From Obrimoposthia wandeli (lineage: Eukaryota): a stretch of 64,000 bases of DNA. Both the position numbers and the translations under genes were made by a program. Below the pieces are notes generated by a model, which saw only the letters and a list, made by a program, of their open reading frames with translations, did no database searches and was not told where the DNA came from. Below are positions 1 through 12,567 of the stretch, one piece after another. Where the stretch lies: the NCBI GenBank assembly GCA_977020255.1, contig CDROCS010005160.1:1-64000 (forward strand), given 5' to 3'. How positions within the stretch are numbered: the stretch's first letter is position 1; each line of letters starts with the position of its first letter.

Positions 1-170
1 TTCTCATTTTGACAAATATAACTTGAAGAAAAATTCGTTATTACTATTTCTATTTTGACAAATATAACTTGAAGAAAATTCATTATTACAATTCTCATTT
101 TGACAAATATAACTTGAAGAAAATTCGTTATTACAATTCTCATTTTGACAAATATAACTTGGAGAAAATA
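1..170. repeat. 45-bp tandem satellite/minisatellite, ~3.7 copies, truncated by window start
   Basis: Unit TTCTCATTTTGACAAATATAACTTGAAGAAAATTCGTTATTACAA starts at 1, ~47, 92 and 137 (92 to 137 = 45 bp), with few substitutions. Confidence 0.92.
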
Positions 171-203
171 TATATTGATTCAAATCTTCTATTATATTAT
201 AAC

Positions 204-522
204 AAATATCTTATTTTAAAATATAAAAGCCTGTTTATGAAGCCTATTTTTTTCATCCAAAATTTGTCTTAAAAATATATAAATTAAAATAATTTAAAAC
301 AATCCAATACCTCTAATAATTAATTGTTCATTAAATAAACCTCTGTTTATAATTCTAAAAAAGTTTAATTGTATTTCTTTTCAAAATATTGATGGTTAAA
401 AATTAATTTCGTATATTTTTATTAGCGCAAGAATTCCTTATATTCTAAATCTTCCGGTCAATTTCAAATATTATGTTGGAGCTAGCGTTGTTACACCTAA
501 TATGTAGACCTCTTCTACCCTT
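204..522. repeat. Long-unit AT-rich spacer, 3' part only (left edge of array)
   Basis: Matches 33233-33551 and ends in CTACCCTT|ATGAGTTC. Confidence 0.88.
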
Positions 523-819
523 ATGAGTTCTTAAATAGTTGGAAATTCACTGTATGGCCTACCCTTATTTGCTCGGCCAAATTGAGGTCACAGTGAATTG
601 TCAAAATCAAAGGAAATCTTCAGTTAAATAGTAAATTAGATTCACAGTAATAAAAATATATGTCCGATATGAACGCCTATTTCCGAAGCAATACTTACTG
701 GGCAACTTACTGATGCATTTTACTATTCGCACAACCCATAAAAGGTCACAACTTTGTATCGCACTCCAAATTAATCAAGTGTCATTATCCTATTGCCGGC
801 CTTCATTTGAAACTCTTAT

Positions 820-1135
820 TCGCGAGATCTTCGTGCGTCCAAACACCAGTTCTGTAGCGATAGGGCTTTACATAGAGATGGTTCACTTGTTCTATTCTTG
901 TTTAATTGTACGATCTTTCCATCTGTGTGGTTGTGTTTTTCGATTTACGATGTGGCGAGACTGAGAATGCTAGTTCTGCACATTGACAGGATGGGGAAGT
1001 CGAGGACTTGGTGCTGTTGGCAATGGGTATCCAGGTCTTGAGGCAGTGAATGTGGAATTAGTGCTTAGATAAAGTATAGCTCTGCAAGCTGCGTTCCAGA
1101 TTGTCTTGTAACAGATGGAATATTCTCCCAGACAT
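820..1135 (-). pseudogene. RING-H2 (RING-B) copy, frameshifted (probably read error)
   Basis: Collinear with 12568-12885, many indels. Confidence 0.6.
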
Positions 1136-2098
1136 TGCAGTGGGTGAAGTGGTTTTGAGTTAGCACCTCGGTTGAGGGTTGGTTTGTGCCGTGATGCTTA
1201 CAAACGTGGCTGCAGGTCCTGTCGTTCTGGCCACACAGGAGAACAACCAACAATTCTCTCTCAGTTTTCTATAACAATATTCCACTCGTACAACTACGTC
1301 CGCTTGGTTTGGTCTTCGATCATGATGTAATTTTGTGAGTTGTCTTCTGCATACGGGGCAACAAAGTATGTTGATGAGATAACTCTCCATAACTTATGAT
1401 ACATTTGATATATACATTCTTCGTGTTATAGGTGGTTGCAGGCATTGGGTCTTGCCTTTCACATTGTCAGAGTATAAAATAATCGCCATCAATGGAAAAA
1501 AAAATATTTTCAACTGGAAATATTTTATATAAACGATGTGGACAACTCCATTGCGATTATATTGTGCCGCTGGATTGTTCTGCTGATTTACGTTGTATAT
1601 GGACACTTACAGTTTAGAATAATTCATTTTAAAATTGAAAAGTCAATTCAAAAAACAGAAATGAACATCTTATACGTGACATAAAAAAGAAAAGCTCTAC
1701 AAAATAAGCTTGATTGAAATTTAAGCAATTGATTAAGAGAAAGAAATGAATATCAAACTTAAGAAAATATAATTGAAAAGTCAATTCAAAAAAATGAGTT
1801 CTTAACAGAAGTTGAATTACTGTATGGCCTACTCCCTTATTTGTCTCAATAAATCGAGTCATTGCGAATTGTCAAAATCAAAGGAAATCTTCAGTTAAAT
1901 AGTAAATTAGATTCAGTAATAAAAAATATATGTCCGATATGAACGCCTATTTCCGAAGCGCAAATTTTATTTGGCAACTTACTGATGCGCTTTACTATCT
2001 TCGCACAACCCATAAAAGGCTCGTCAAATCTTTGTATCGCACCCAAATTAATCAAGTGTCATTATCCTATTGTTGGGGTTTCATTTGAAACCTTTTAT

Positions 2099-2420
2099 TC
2101 AAGTAGATCTTCGTATGGAGGCCCCAAACACCAGTTCTGTAGCGATAGCTTCACATAGAGATGTGGTCTACCTGTTCTATTCTTTGCTCTAATTGTACGA
2201 TCTTTCCATCTGTGTGGTTGTGTGTTTTCGATTTACGATGTGGTACATCGAGAATGTTGCCCCGCACATTGGACAGGATGGGAAGTCGAGGGACTTGGTG
2301 CTGTTGGCAATGGCATCCAGGTCTTGAGGCAGCAGTCGTGGAATTTGGCGGCCGCAGATGTTAGGCCTGCAAGCCAGTTCCAGATTGTCTTGTAACAGAC
2401 GAATATTATTCTCCAGACAT
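2099..2420 (-). pseudogene. RING-B copy, frameshifted (probably read error)
   Basis: Fragment IANSTKSLDFPSCPMC is visible in ORF 2189-2638. Confidence 0.6.
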
Positions 2421-3055
2421 TGTGGCAGCGGTTTTGAGTTAGACTCGAAGTTGAGGCTAGTATGTTGTGTGATATTTACAATAAAAAGTGGCTGTGTCCT
2501 GGCTGTTCTGCCACAGCAGGAGAACAACCAACACTCTCTCAGTTTTCTTATAACACAGTCTCCAACCTCGCAACTACGTCCGCTTGGTTTGTTCTCGATC
2601 ATGATGTACTTTGTGAGTTGTCTTCTGCATACGGGCAACAGTATGTTGGATGAGATAACTCCTTACAACTTATGATACATTTTGATATACATTCCTCTCT
2701 TTCGTGTTATAGGTGGTTGCAGGCATTGGGTCTTGCCTTCGGTAATATTGTCAGAGTATAAAATAATCGCTATCACTGAAAGTAATATTTCTAACTGGAA
2801 ATATTTCTTATATAAACATGGACAACTCCATTGGTGATTTAAGTATTGTGCCGCTGGATTGTTCTGTTGATTTACGTTGTGTCACTTACAGTTTAGAATA
2901 ATTCATTTTAAATTGAAAAGTCAACTCAAAACAGAAATGAACATCTTATACGTGACATAAAAAAGAAAAGCTCTACAAAAATAAGTTGATTGAATTAAGC
3001 ACTTGATTAAGAGAAAGTGAACAACATTTCAAACTTTAAGAAAAAATATATAATT

Positions 3056-3972
3056 TCTTATTTCCTGAAAATATCCTAGCGTTCTATGGTTTCTAAATTC
3101 TAATTTTTTTAATTTGCCGATTTAATAAATTTCCCCATTTAGCTGGATCAGTTTATACTGGAACTCTTCCTTAGCTTCAGAATAAAAAAATTTACTAGTA
3201 TTTAAAAAATATCAATCATGATAGTGATGCTTACTTAGAAATGTTTCCGCTTATTAACTATATATCATTTTCTATTTTACAAAATGAAAACTTAACCTAG
3301 TTATATCGTAACGATCTGTCATTTGAATATTAACTTCTACAAATTATATTAATTTGAAATTTTACAAACTTTAGTTTTGTCGTGATTCTCCTTCCTTTTT
3401 CACCTTAAGATGAGAATTTGATTTATGTTCTTTATTCGAATATTTAGATTTGAAATAGGCTTCTAATTTCTTAATATCATCTATTGTTGGTTCTATTCTA
3501 CTTAAACCCCTGTTAATCCTTTCGATATTGAATTTTACATTTATTAAATTTTATAAAGATTTAAGAAATTTTTTTTTAATTGATCACGTGAATATTTTAA
3601 AAATAAGTGTGTAAAATTAAACATTCTGTGCCTACAATCAGTAAATATCTTATTTTAAAATATATAAAAGCCTGTTTATGAAGCTCATTTTTTTCATCCA
3701 AAATTTGTCTTAAAAATATATATAAATTAAAATAATTTAAAACAACCAATACCTCTAATAATTAATTGTTCACAAATAAACCTCTGTTTATAATTCTAAA
3801 AAAGTTTAATTTGTATTCTTTTTCAAAAATATTGATGGTTAAAAATTAATTTCTCTGTATATTTTTTATGGTCGCAAGAATTCTTTATATTCTAAATCTT
3901 CCGGTCAATTTTCAAATATTATGTTGGAGCTATGTTGTTAAGCACCTAATATGTAGACCTCTTTCTACCCTT
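3056..3972. repeat. Long-unit AT-rich spacer (noisy copy)
   Basis: Collinear with 32646-33551 (TTCTTATTTCCTGAAAAT ... CTACCCTT), with many small indels. Confidence 0.88.
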
Positions 3973-4269
3973 ATGAGTTCTTAACAGAAGTTGAATTACT
4001 GTATGGCCTACCCCTTATTTGTTTCAATAAATTGAGGTCATTGCGTGAATTGTCAAAATCAAAGGAAATCTTTCAGTTAAATAGCAAATTAGATTCAGTA
4101 ATAAAATATATGTCCGATATGAACGCCTATTTCCCGAAGCACATGATGGCAACTTACTGATGCGCTTACTATTCGCACAACCTATAAAAGGTCACTAAAT
4201 CTTTGTATCGCACCCAAATTAATCAAGTGTCATTATCCTATTGTTGGGGTTTCTATTTGAAACTCTTAT

Positions 4270-4586
4270 TCAAGTAGATCTTCGTATGGAGTGCTGCCCC
4301 AAACACCAGTTCTAGCGATAGGGCTTGGTTAATAGAGATGTGGTCTACCTGTTCTATTCTTGTTTAATTGTACGATCTTTCCATCTGTGTGGTTGTGTTC
4401 TCGGATTTACGATGTGGTACATCGAGAATGCTGCCCTGCACATTGGACAGATGGGAAGTCGAGGGACTTGGTGCTGTTGGCAATGGGGTATCCAGGCTGA
4501 GGCAGTGAATGTGAATTGGTGGCCGCAGATGTTAGGCTCTGCAGTTCCAGATTGTCTTTGTAACAGATGGAATATTCTCCAGACAT
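4270..4586 (-). pseudogene. RING-B copy, frameshifted (probably read error)
   Basis: Collinear with consensus unit. Confidence 0.6.
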
Positions 4587-5543
4587 TGCAGTGGGTGAAG
4601 TGGTTTTGAGTTAGGACTGGCTGAGGGTTGGTTTATTGTGCATGCTTACACAAACGTGGCTGTGTCCTGTCGTTCTGCCACACAGGAGAACAAACTAACA
4701 CTCTCTCTCAGTTTTCTATAACAATATTCCACCTGCATAACCATGTCCGCTTGGTTTGGTTCGATCTTCCATGATGTACTTCTTGTGAGTTGTCTTCTGC
4801 ATACGGGGCAAACAGTATGTTGGATGAGATAACTCTCCATAACTTATGATGATATACATTCTCGTGTTATAGGTGGTTGCAGGCATTGGTCTTGCTCTTC
4901 GTACATTGTTTGAGTATAAAAAATAATGCTTATCAATGGAAAAAATATTTTTCAACTGGAAATATTTTTATATAAACGATGTGGCCAACTCCATTGCGAT
5001 TATTATATTGTGCCGCTGGATTGTTCTGTTGATTTACGCCGTATATGGACACTACAGTTTAATAATAATTCATTTTAAATTAAAAGCCAATTCAAAACAG
5101 AAATGAACATCTTATACGTGACATAAAAAAGAAAAGCTCTACAAAATAAGTTGATTGAATTAAGCACTGGATTAAGAGAAAGTGAACAACATTTCAAACT
5201 TTTTAAAGAAAATATAATTGAAAAAGTCAATTCAAAAAAATGAGTTCTTACCAGAAGTTGAATTACTGTATGGCCTACCCTTATTTGTCTCAATAAATTG
5301 AGGTCATTGCGTGAATTGTCAAAATCAAAGGAAATTTTCAGTTAAATAGTAAATTAGATTCAGTAATAAAAAATATATGTCCGGATATGCGAACGCCTAT
5401 TTCCGAAGCAATACTTATTTGGCAACTTACTGATGCGCTTTACTATTCGCACAACCTATAAACGGTCACTAAATCTTTGTATCGCACCCAAATTAATCAA
5501 GTGTCATTATCCTATTGTTGGGGTTTCTATTTGAAACTCTTAT

Positions 5544-5777
5544 TCAAGTAGATCTTCGCATGGGATGCCCCAAACACCAGTTCTGTAGCGATAGGGCTTA
5601 CATAGAGATGTGGTCTACCTGTTCTATTCTTTTGTTTAATTGTACGATCTTTCCATCTGTGTGGTTGTAGCTCGATTTACGATGTGGCATATCGAGAATG
5701 TTGCCCCCTGCACATTGGACAGGAGGATGGGAAGTCGAGGGACTTGGTGCTGTTGGCAATGGGTATCCAGGTCTGAG
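5544..5777 (-). pseudogene. RING-B copy with ~180-bp deletion removing its N-terminal half
   Basis: CCAGGTCTGAG is joined directly to TTTGCCACACAG; the missing part corresponds to 12796-12973. Confidence 0.55.
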
Positions 5778-6320
5778 TTTGCCACACAGGAGAACAACCA
5801 CCACTCTCTCAGTTTCTATAACACATTCCACTCGTACAACTACGTCCGCTTGGTTTGCAGTTCGATCATGATGTACTTTTGTGAGTTGTCTCTGCATACG
5901 GGGCAACAAAGTATGCTTGATGAGATAACTCTCCAGCAACTTATGATACATTTTGATATACATTCCTCGTGTTATAGGTGGTTGCAAGTGCATTGGGTCT
6001 TGCTCGCACATTGTCAGAGCATAAAAATAATCGCCATCAATGGAAAAAAATATTTCAACTGAAATATTTTTATATAAACGATGTGGACAACTCCATTGCG
6101 ATTATATTGTGCCGCTGGATTGTTCTGCTGATTTACGTTGTATATGGACACTTACAGTTTATAATAATTCATTTTAAATTGAAAAAGTCAATTCAAAACA
6201 GAAATGAACATCTTATACGTGACATAAAAAGAAAAGCTCTACAAAATAAGTTGATTGAATTAAGCACTGAATTAAGAGAAAGTGAACAACATTTCAAACT
6301 TTTAAGAAAAATATATAATT

Positions 6321-7218
6321 TCTTATTTCCTGAAAATATCCTAAAGGTTCCTATGGTTTCTTAAAATTTAATTTTTTTAATTTGCCGATTTAATAAATTT
6401 CCCCATTTAGCTGGATTCTAGTTTATACTGGAAATTTCCTTAGCTTCAGAATAAAAAATTTACTAGTATTTAAAAATATCAATCATATAGGTATGCTTAC
6501 TAGAAATGAGTCATTATATCAACATTTATTTACAAAATGAAAACTTCTAACTGTAGTTATACGAATGATCTGTCATTTGAATATTAACTTCTACAAACTA
6601 CAATTATATTAATTTGAAATTTTACAAACTTTGTTTGTCAGATTCTCCCTTCCTCCTTTTTCACCTTTAAGATGAGAATTTGATTTATGTTCTTTGCCCG
6701 AATATTTAGATTTGAAATAGGCTTCTAATTTCTTAATATCATCATCTATTGTTGGTTCTATTCTCTTACTTAAATTTTGTTAATCATTTCCTGATTTTGA
6801 ATTTTATATTTATTAAATTTTATAAAGATTTAAGAAATTTTTTTAATTGATCACGTGAATATTTTAAAATAAGGTGTAAAATTAAACATTCTGTATCTAC
6901 AACTGCAACATCTTATTTTAAAATATAAAAAGCCTGCTTTATAGCTTCATTTTTTTTCTTATCCAAAATTTGTCTTAAAATATATAAATTAAAATAATTT
7001 AAAAACAATCCAATACCCTTAATAATTAATTGTTCATTAAATAAACCTCTGTTTATAATTCTAAAAAAGTTTAATTGTATTTTTCAAAAATATTGATGGT
7101 TAAAAAATTAATTTCGTATATTTTTTTTATCGCAAGAATTTATATTCTAAATCTTCCGGTCAATTTCAAATATTATGGAGCTAGCGTTGTTACACCTAAT
7201 ATGTAGACCTTTACCCTT
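6321..7218. repeat. Long-unit AT-rich spacer (noisy copy)
   Basis: Collinear with 32646-33551. Confidence 0.88.
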
Positions 7219-7527
7219 ATGAGTTCTTAACAGGTTAAATTACTGTATATGGCTCAATTTTTTATTTGTTCCCAATAAATTGAGGTCATTGCGTGAATTG
7301 TCAAAAAAATCAAAGGAAATCTTCAGTTAAATAGTAAATTAGGGATTCAGTAATAAAAATATATGTCCGATATGAACGCCTATTTCCGAAGCAATACTTA
7401 TTTGGCAACTTACTGATGCGCTTTTTACTATTCGCACAACCTATAAAAGGTCACTTGGGCCTTGTATCGCACCTAAATTAATCGCTATGTCATTATCCTA
7501 TTGTAGCTCTTATTTGAAAACTCTTAT

Positions 7528-7839
7528 TCAAGTAGATTCGTATGGAGGCCCCAAACACCAGTTCTGTAGCGATAGGGCTACATAGAGATGTGGTCTACCT
7601 GTTCTATTCTTTTGTTTAATTGTACGATCTTTCCATCTGTGTGGTTGTTTGATTTACGATGTGTACATCGAGAATGTTGCTCTGCACATTGGACAGGATG
7701 GGAAGTCGAGGGACTTGGTGCTGTTGGCAGCGGTATCCAGGTCATGAAGCAGTGAATGTGGAATTGGTGGCCGCAGATGTTAGGCTCTGCAAGCCAGTTC
7801 CAGGATTGTCTTGTAACAGATGGAATATTCTCCAGACAT
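7528..7839 (-). pseudogene. RING-B copy, frameshifted (probably read error)
   Basis: Collinear with consensus unit. Confidence 0.6.
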
Positions 7840-8777
7840 TGCAGTGGGTGAGGTGGTTTTGAGTTAGGACTCGGTTGAGGGTTGGTTTGTTGTGTGATGT
7901 TTACACAAAAGTGGCTGTGTCCGTTCTGCTACACAGAAGAACAACCAACACTTTTCCAGTTTTCAACAATATTCCACTCCTGTACAACTATCCTGCTTGG
8001 TTTGGTTCGATCATGATGTACTTTAGTGAGTTGTCTTCAGTATACGAGGCAACAGTATGTTGATGAGATAACCTCCATAACTTATGATACATTTGATATA
8101 CATTTCATGTTATAGGTGGTTGCAGGCATTGGTTGTCTTGCTCTTCGTACATTGTCAGAGTATAAAATAATCGTATCAATGGAAAAAATATTTTCAACTG
8201 AAATATTTTATCTAAACGATGTGACACCCATTGCGATTATATTGTGCCGCTGGATTGTTCTTGCTGATTTACGTTTCGTATATGGACACTTACAGTTTAT
8301 ACAATTCATTTTAAATTGAAAAAGCTCAATTCAAAACAGAAATGAACATCTTATACGTGACATAAAAAAGAAAAAGCTCTAAAATAAGTTGGATTGAATT
8401 AAGCACTGAATTAAGAGAAAGTGAACAACATTTCAAACTTTTAAGAAAATATAATTAAAAAGTCAATTCAAAAAAATGAGTTCTTAACAGAAGTTTGAAC
8501 TCATCATATGGCCTACCCTTATTTGTCTCATCAAATTGAGGTCATTATGTGAATTGTCAAAAATCAAAGGAAATCTTCAGTTAAATAGTAAATTTGGGAT
8601 TCAGTAATAAAATATATGTCCGATATGAACGCCTATTTCCTAATACTTATTTGGCAAATTTACTGATGCGCTTTTAATATTCGCACAACCTATAAAAGGT
8701 CACTAAATCTTGTATCGCACCCAAATTAATCAAGTGTCATTATCCTGCTGTTGGGGTTTCTATTTGAAACTCTTAAT

Positions 8778-9091
8778 TCAAGTAGATTCGCATGGAGGCC
8801 CCAAACACCAGTTCTGTAGCGATAGCTTACATAGAGATGTGGTCTTACCTGTTCTATTCTTGTTTAATTGTACGATCTTTCCATCTGTGTGGTTGTAGCT
8901 CTTTCGATTTACGATGTGGTACATCGAGAATGTTGCCCTGCACATTGGACAGGATGGGAAGTCGAGGGACTTGGTGCTGTTGGCAATGGGTGTCCAGGCC
9001 TGAGCAGTGAATGGGAATTGGTGGCCGCAGATGTTAGGCTCTGCAAGCCAGCCCAGATTGTCTTGTAACAGACGGAATATTCTCCAGACAT
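8778..9091 (-). pseudogene. RING-B copy, frameshifted (probably read error)
   Basis: MSGEYSVCYKTIW start at 9091. Confidence 0.6.
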
Positions 9092-10042
9092 TGCAGTGGG
9101 TGAAGTGGTTTTGAGTTAGGACTCGGTTGAGGGTTGGTATGTTGTGTGATATTTACACAAAGTGGCTGTGTCCTGTCGTTCTGCCACACAGAGAACAACC
9201 AACACTCTCAGTTTTCTATAACAATATTCCACTCAAACTACGTCCGCTTGGTTTGCCCGACCATGATGTACTTTTGTGAGTTGTCTTCTGCATACGGGGC
9301 AACAAAGTATGTTGATGAGATAACTCTCCATAACTTATGATACATTTTGATATACATTCCTCGTGTTATAGTGGCTGCGCATTGGGTTCAAGTTTCTGCA
9401 CATTGTCAGAGTATAAAATAATCGCTATCGAAAAAAATATTTTCTTTAACTGGAAATATTTTATATAAACGATGTGGACAACTCCATTGCGATTATATTG
9501 TGCCGCTGTATTGTTCTGTTGATTTACATGCTGTATATGGACACTTACAGTTTATAATAATTCATTTTAAATTGAAAAGTCAATTCAAACAGAAATGAAC
9601 ATCTTATACGTGACATAAAAAGAAAAGCTCTACAAAATAAGTTGATTGAATTAAGCACTGAATGAGAGAAAGTGAACAAATTTTCAAACTTTTAAGAAAA
9701 ATATAATTGAAAAGTCAATTCAAAAAATGAGTTCTTAACACAGAAGTTGAATTACTGTATGGCCTACTCTTATTTGTCTCCAATAAATTGAGGTCATCAT
9801 GCGTGAATTGTCAAAATCAAAGGAAATCTTCAGTTAAATAGTAAATTAGATTCAGTAATAAAAACATATGTCCGATATGAACGCCTATTTCCGAAGCAAT
9901 ACTTATTTGGCAACTTACCGATGCGCTTTACTATTCGCACACAACCTATAAAAGGTCACTAAACTTCTTTGTATCATCGCACCCAAATTAATCAAGTGTC
10001 ATTATCCTATTGTTGGGGTTTCCTCTTATTTGAAACTCTTAT

Positions 10043-10359
10043 TCAAGTAGATCTTCGTATGGAGTTCCCAAACACCAGTTCTGTAGCGATAGGGCTTACA
10101 TATAGATGTGGTCTACCTGTTCTATTCTTGTTTAATTGTACGATCTTTCCATCTGTGTGGTTGTGTTTCGATTTACGATGTGGTACATCGAGAATGTTGC
10201 CCTGCACATTGACAGGATGGGAAGTCGAGGGACTTGGTGCTGTTGGCAATGGGTATCCAGGTCTTGAGGCAGTGAATGTGGAATTGGTGGCCGCAGATGT
10301 TAGGCTCTGCAAGCCAGTTCCAGATTGTCTCTGTAACAGACGGAATATTCTCCAGACAT
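10043..10359 (-). pseudogene. RING-B copy, frameshifted (probably read error)
   Basis: WNWLAEPNICGHQFHIHCLKTW is visible in ORF 10173-10574. Confidence 0.6.
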
Positions 10360-11301
10360 TGCAGTGGGTGAAGTGGTTTTGAGCAGTTAAACTCGGCTTG
10401 AGGGTTGGTATGTTGTGTGATATTTACACAAAAAGTGGTTGTGTCCTGTCGTTCCCAAGCCACACAGAAGAACAACCAACACTCTCTCAGTTTTCTATAA
10501 CAATATTCCACCTGTACAACTACGTCCGCTTGGTTTGGTTCGATCATGATGTACTTTGTGAGTTGTCTTCGCATACGGGCAACAAAGTGTTGGATGAGAT
10601 AACCTCCATAACTTATGATACATTTTGATATACATGCTTCGTGTTATAGGTGGTTGCAGGCATTGGGGTCTTGTTTCTTAGTACATTGTCAGAGTATAAA
10701 ATAATCGATCAATGGAAAAAAATATTTTCAACTGAAATATTTTATATAAACGATGTGGACAACTCCATTGATTATATTGTGCCGCTGGATTGTTCTGGTT
10801 GATTTACGTTGTATATGGACACTTACAGTTTATAATAATTCATTTTAAATTGAAAAAGTCAATTCAAAACAGAAATGAACATCTATATGACATAAAAAAG
10901 AAAAGCTCTACAAACAAGTTGATTGAATTAAGCACTGAATTAAGAGAAAGTGAACAACATTTCAAACTTTAAGAAAAATATAATTGAAAAGTCAATTCAA
11001 AAAATGAGTTCTTAACAGAAGTTGAATTACTGTATGGCCTACCTTATTTGTCTCAATAAATTGAGGTCATTGCGTGAATGTCAAAATCAAAGGAAATCTT
11101 CAGTTAAATAGTAAATTAGATTCAGTAATAAAAATATATGTCCGATATGAACGCCTATTTCCGAAGCTTAATACTTATTTGGCAACTTACTGATGCGCTT
11201 TACTATTCGCACAACCTATAAAAGGTCACTAAATCTTTGTATCACCTAAATTAATCAAGTGTCATTATCCTATTGTTGGGGTTTCTATTTGAAACTCTTA
11301 T

Positions 11302-11618
11302 TCATGTAGATCTTGGTGGTGGCGGCCTCATCACAAGATCTGTAGCGATAGGGCTTACATAGAGATGTGGTCTACCGGTTATATTCTTGTTTAATTGTAC
11401 GATCTTTCCATCTGTGTGGTTGTGTTTCGATTTACGATGTGGTACATCGAGAATGTTGCCCTGCACATTGGACAGGATGGGAAGTCGAGGGACTTGGTGC
11501 TGTTGGCAATGGGTATCCAGGTCTTGAGGCAGTGAATGTGGAATTGGTGGCCGCAGATGTTAGGCTCTGCAAGCCAGTTCCAGATTGTCTTGTAACAGAC
11601 GGAATATTCTCCAGACAT
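11302..11618 (-). pseudogene. RING-B copy, RING domain in frame, C-terminus frameshifted
   Basis: ORF 11391-11618 carries the full motif through CPMCR. Confidence 0.6.
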
Positions 11619-11871
11619 TGCAGTGGGTGAAGTGGTTTTGAGTTAGGACTCGGTTGAGGGTTGGTATGTTGTGTGATGTTTACACAAAAGTGGCTGTGTC
11701 CTGTCGTTCTGCCACACAGAAGAACAACCAACACTCTCTCAGTTTTCTATAACAATATTCCACTCGTACAACTACGTCCGCTTGGTTTGGTTCGATCATG
11801 ATGTACTTTGTGAGTTGTCTTCTGCATACGGGGCAACAAAGTATGTTGGATGAGATAACTCTCCATAACTT

Positions 11872-12246
11872 ATGATACATTTTGATATACATTCCTCATG
11901 TTATAGGTGGTTGCAGGCATTGGGTCTTGCTCTTCGTACATTGTCAGAGTATAAAATAATCGCCATCAATGGAAAAAAATATTTTCAACTGGAAATATTT
12001 TATATAAACGATGTGGACAACTCCATTGCGATTATATTGTGCCGCTGTATTGTTCTGCTGATTTACGTTGTATATGGACACTTACAGTTTATAATAATTC
12101 ATTTTAAATTGAAAAAGTCAATTCAAAACAGAAATGAACATCTTATACGTGACATAAAAAGAAAAGCTCTACAAAATAAGTTGATTGAATTAAGCACTGA
12201 ATTAAGAGAAAGTGAACAACATTTCAAACTTTTAAGAAAAATATAA
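11872..12246 (+). other. 124-aa ORF recurring in most short units; N-half is antisense to RING-A, C-half is the truncated coiled-coil-like exon; probably not a true gene as called
   Basis: From the ORF track. It is broken in copies with a 6-A instead of 7-A run (e.g. 13279, 18350). Its stop lies at the short-unit junction. Confidence 0.25.
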
Positions 12247-12480
12247 TTGAAAAGTCAATTCAAAAAAATGAGTTCTTAACAGAAGTTGAATTACTGTATG
12301 GCCTACCCTTATTTGTCTCAATAAATTGAGGTCATTGCGTGAATTGTCAAAATCAAAGGAAATCTTCAGTTAAATAGTAAATTAGATTCAGTAATAAAAA
12401 TATATGTCCGATATGAACGCCTATTTCCGAAGCAATACTTATTTGGCAACTTACTGATGCGCTTTACTATTCGCACAACC

Positions 12481-12488
12481 TATAAAAG
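12481..12488 (+). promoter_or_regulatory. Consensus TATA-box-like TATAAAAG, once per unit, pointing antisense into RING-B (representative copy)
   Basis: Exact TATAWAAG match. It could arise by chance in AT-rich DNA, and there is no expression evidence. Confidence 0.2.
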
Positions 12489-12567
12489 GTCACTAAATCT
12501 TTGTATCGCACCCAAATTAATCAAGTGTCATTATCCTATTGTTGGGGTTTCTATTTGAAACTCTTAT

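Noticed and set aside
69-272. 67-aa ORF with 15-aa repeats (YYNSHFDKYNLKKIR)
   Set aside because: It is simply the translation of the 45-bp satellite, starts at TTG, and runs across the array junction. No domain recognised.
820-11618. Treating frameshifts in units 1-8 as genuine pseudogenisation
   Set aside because: The indels are private to each copy and biased to homopolymers, consistent with long-read error.
12450-12480. Hammerhead ribozyme or Penelope-like element (CTGATG motif; coiled-coil exon)
   Set aside because: The core reads CTGATGCG rather than CTGATGA, I found no matching GAAA/stem architecture, and no RT or GIY-YIG sequence is present.
12343-12558. 71 stop-free codons on + strand (IVKIKGNLQLNSKLDS...PIVGVSI)
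   Set aside because: No early Met, no recognisable motif, and a length plausible by chance across six frames.
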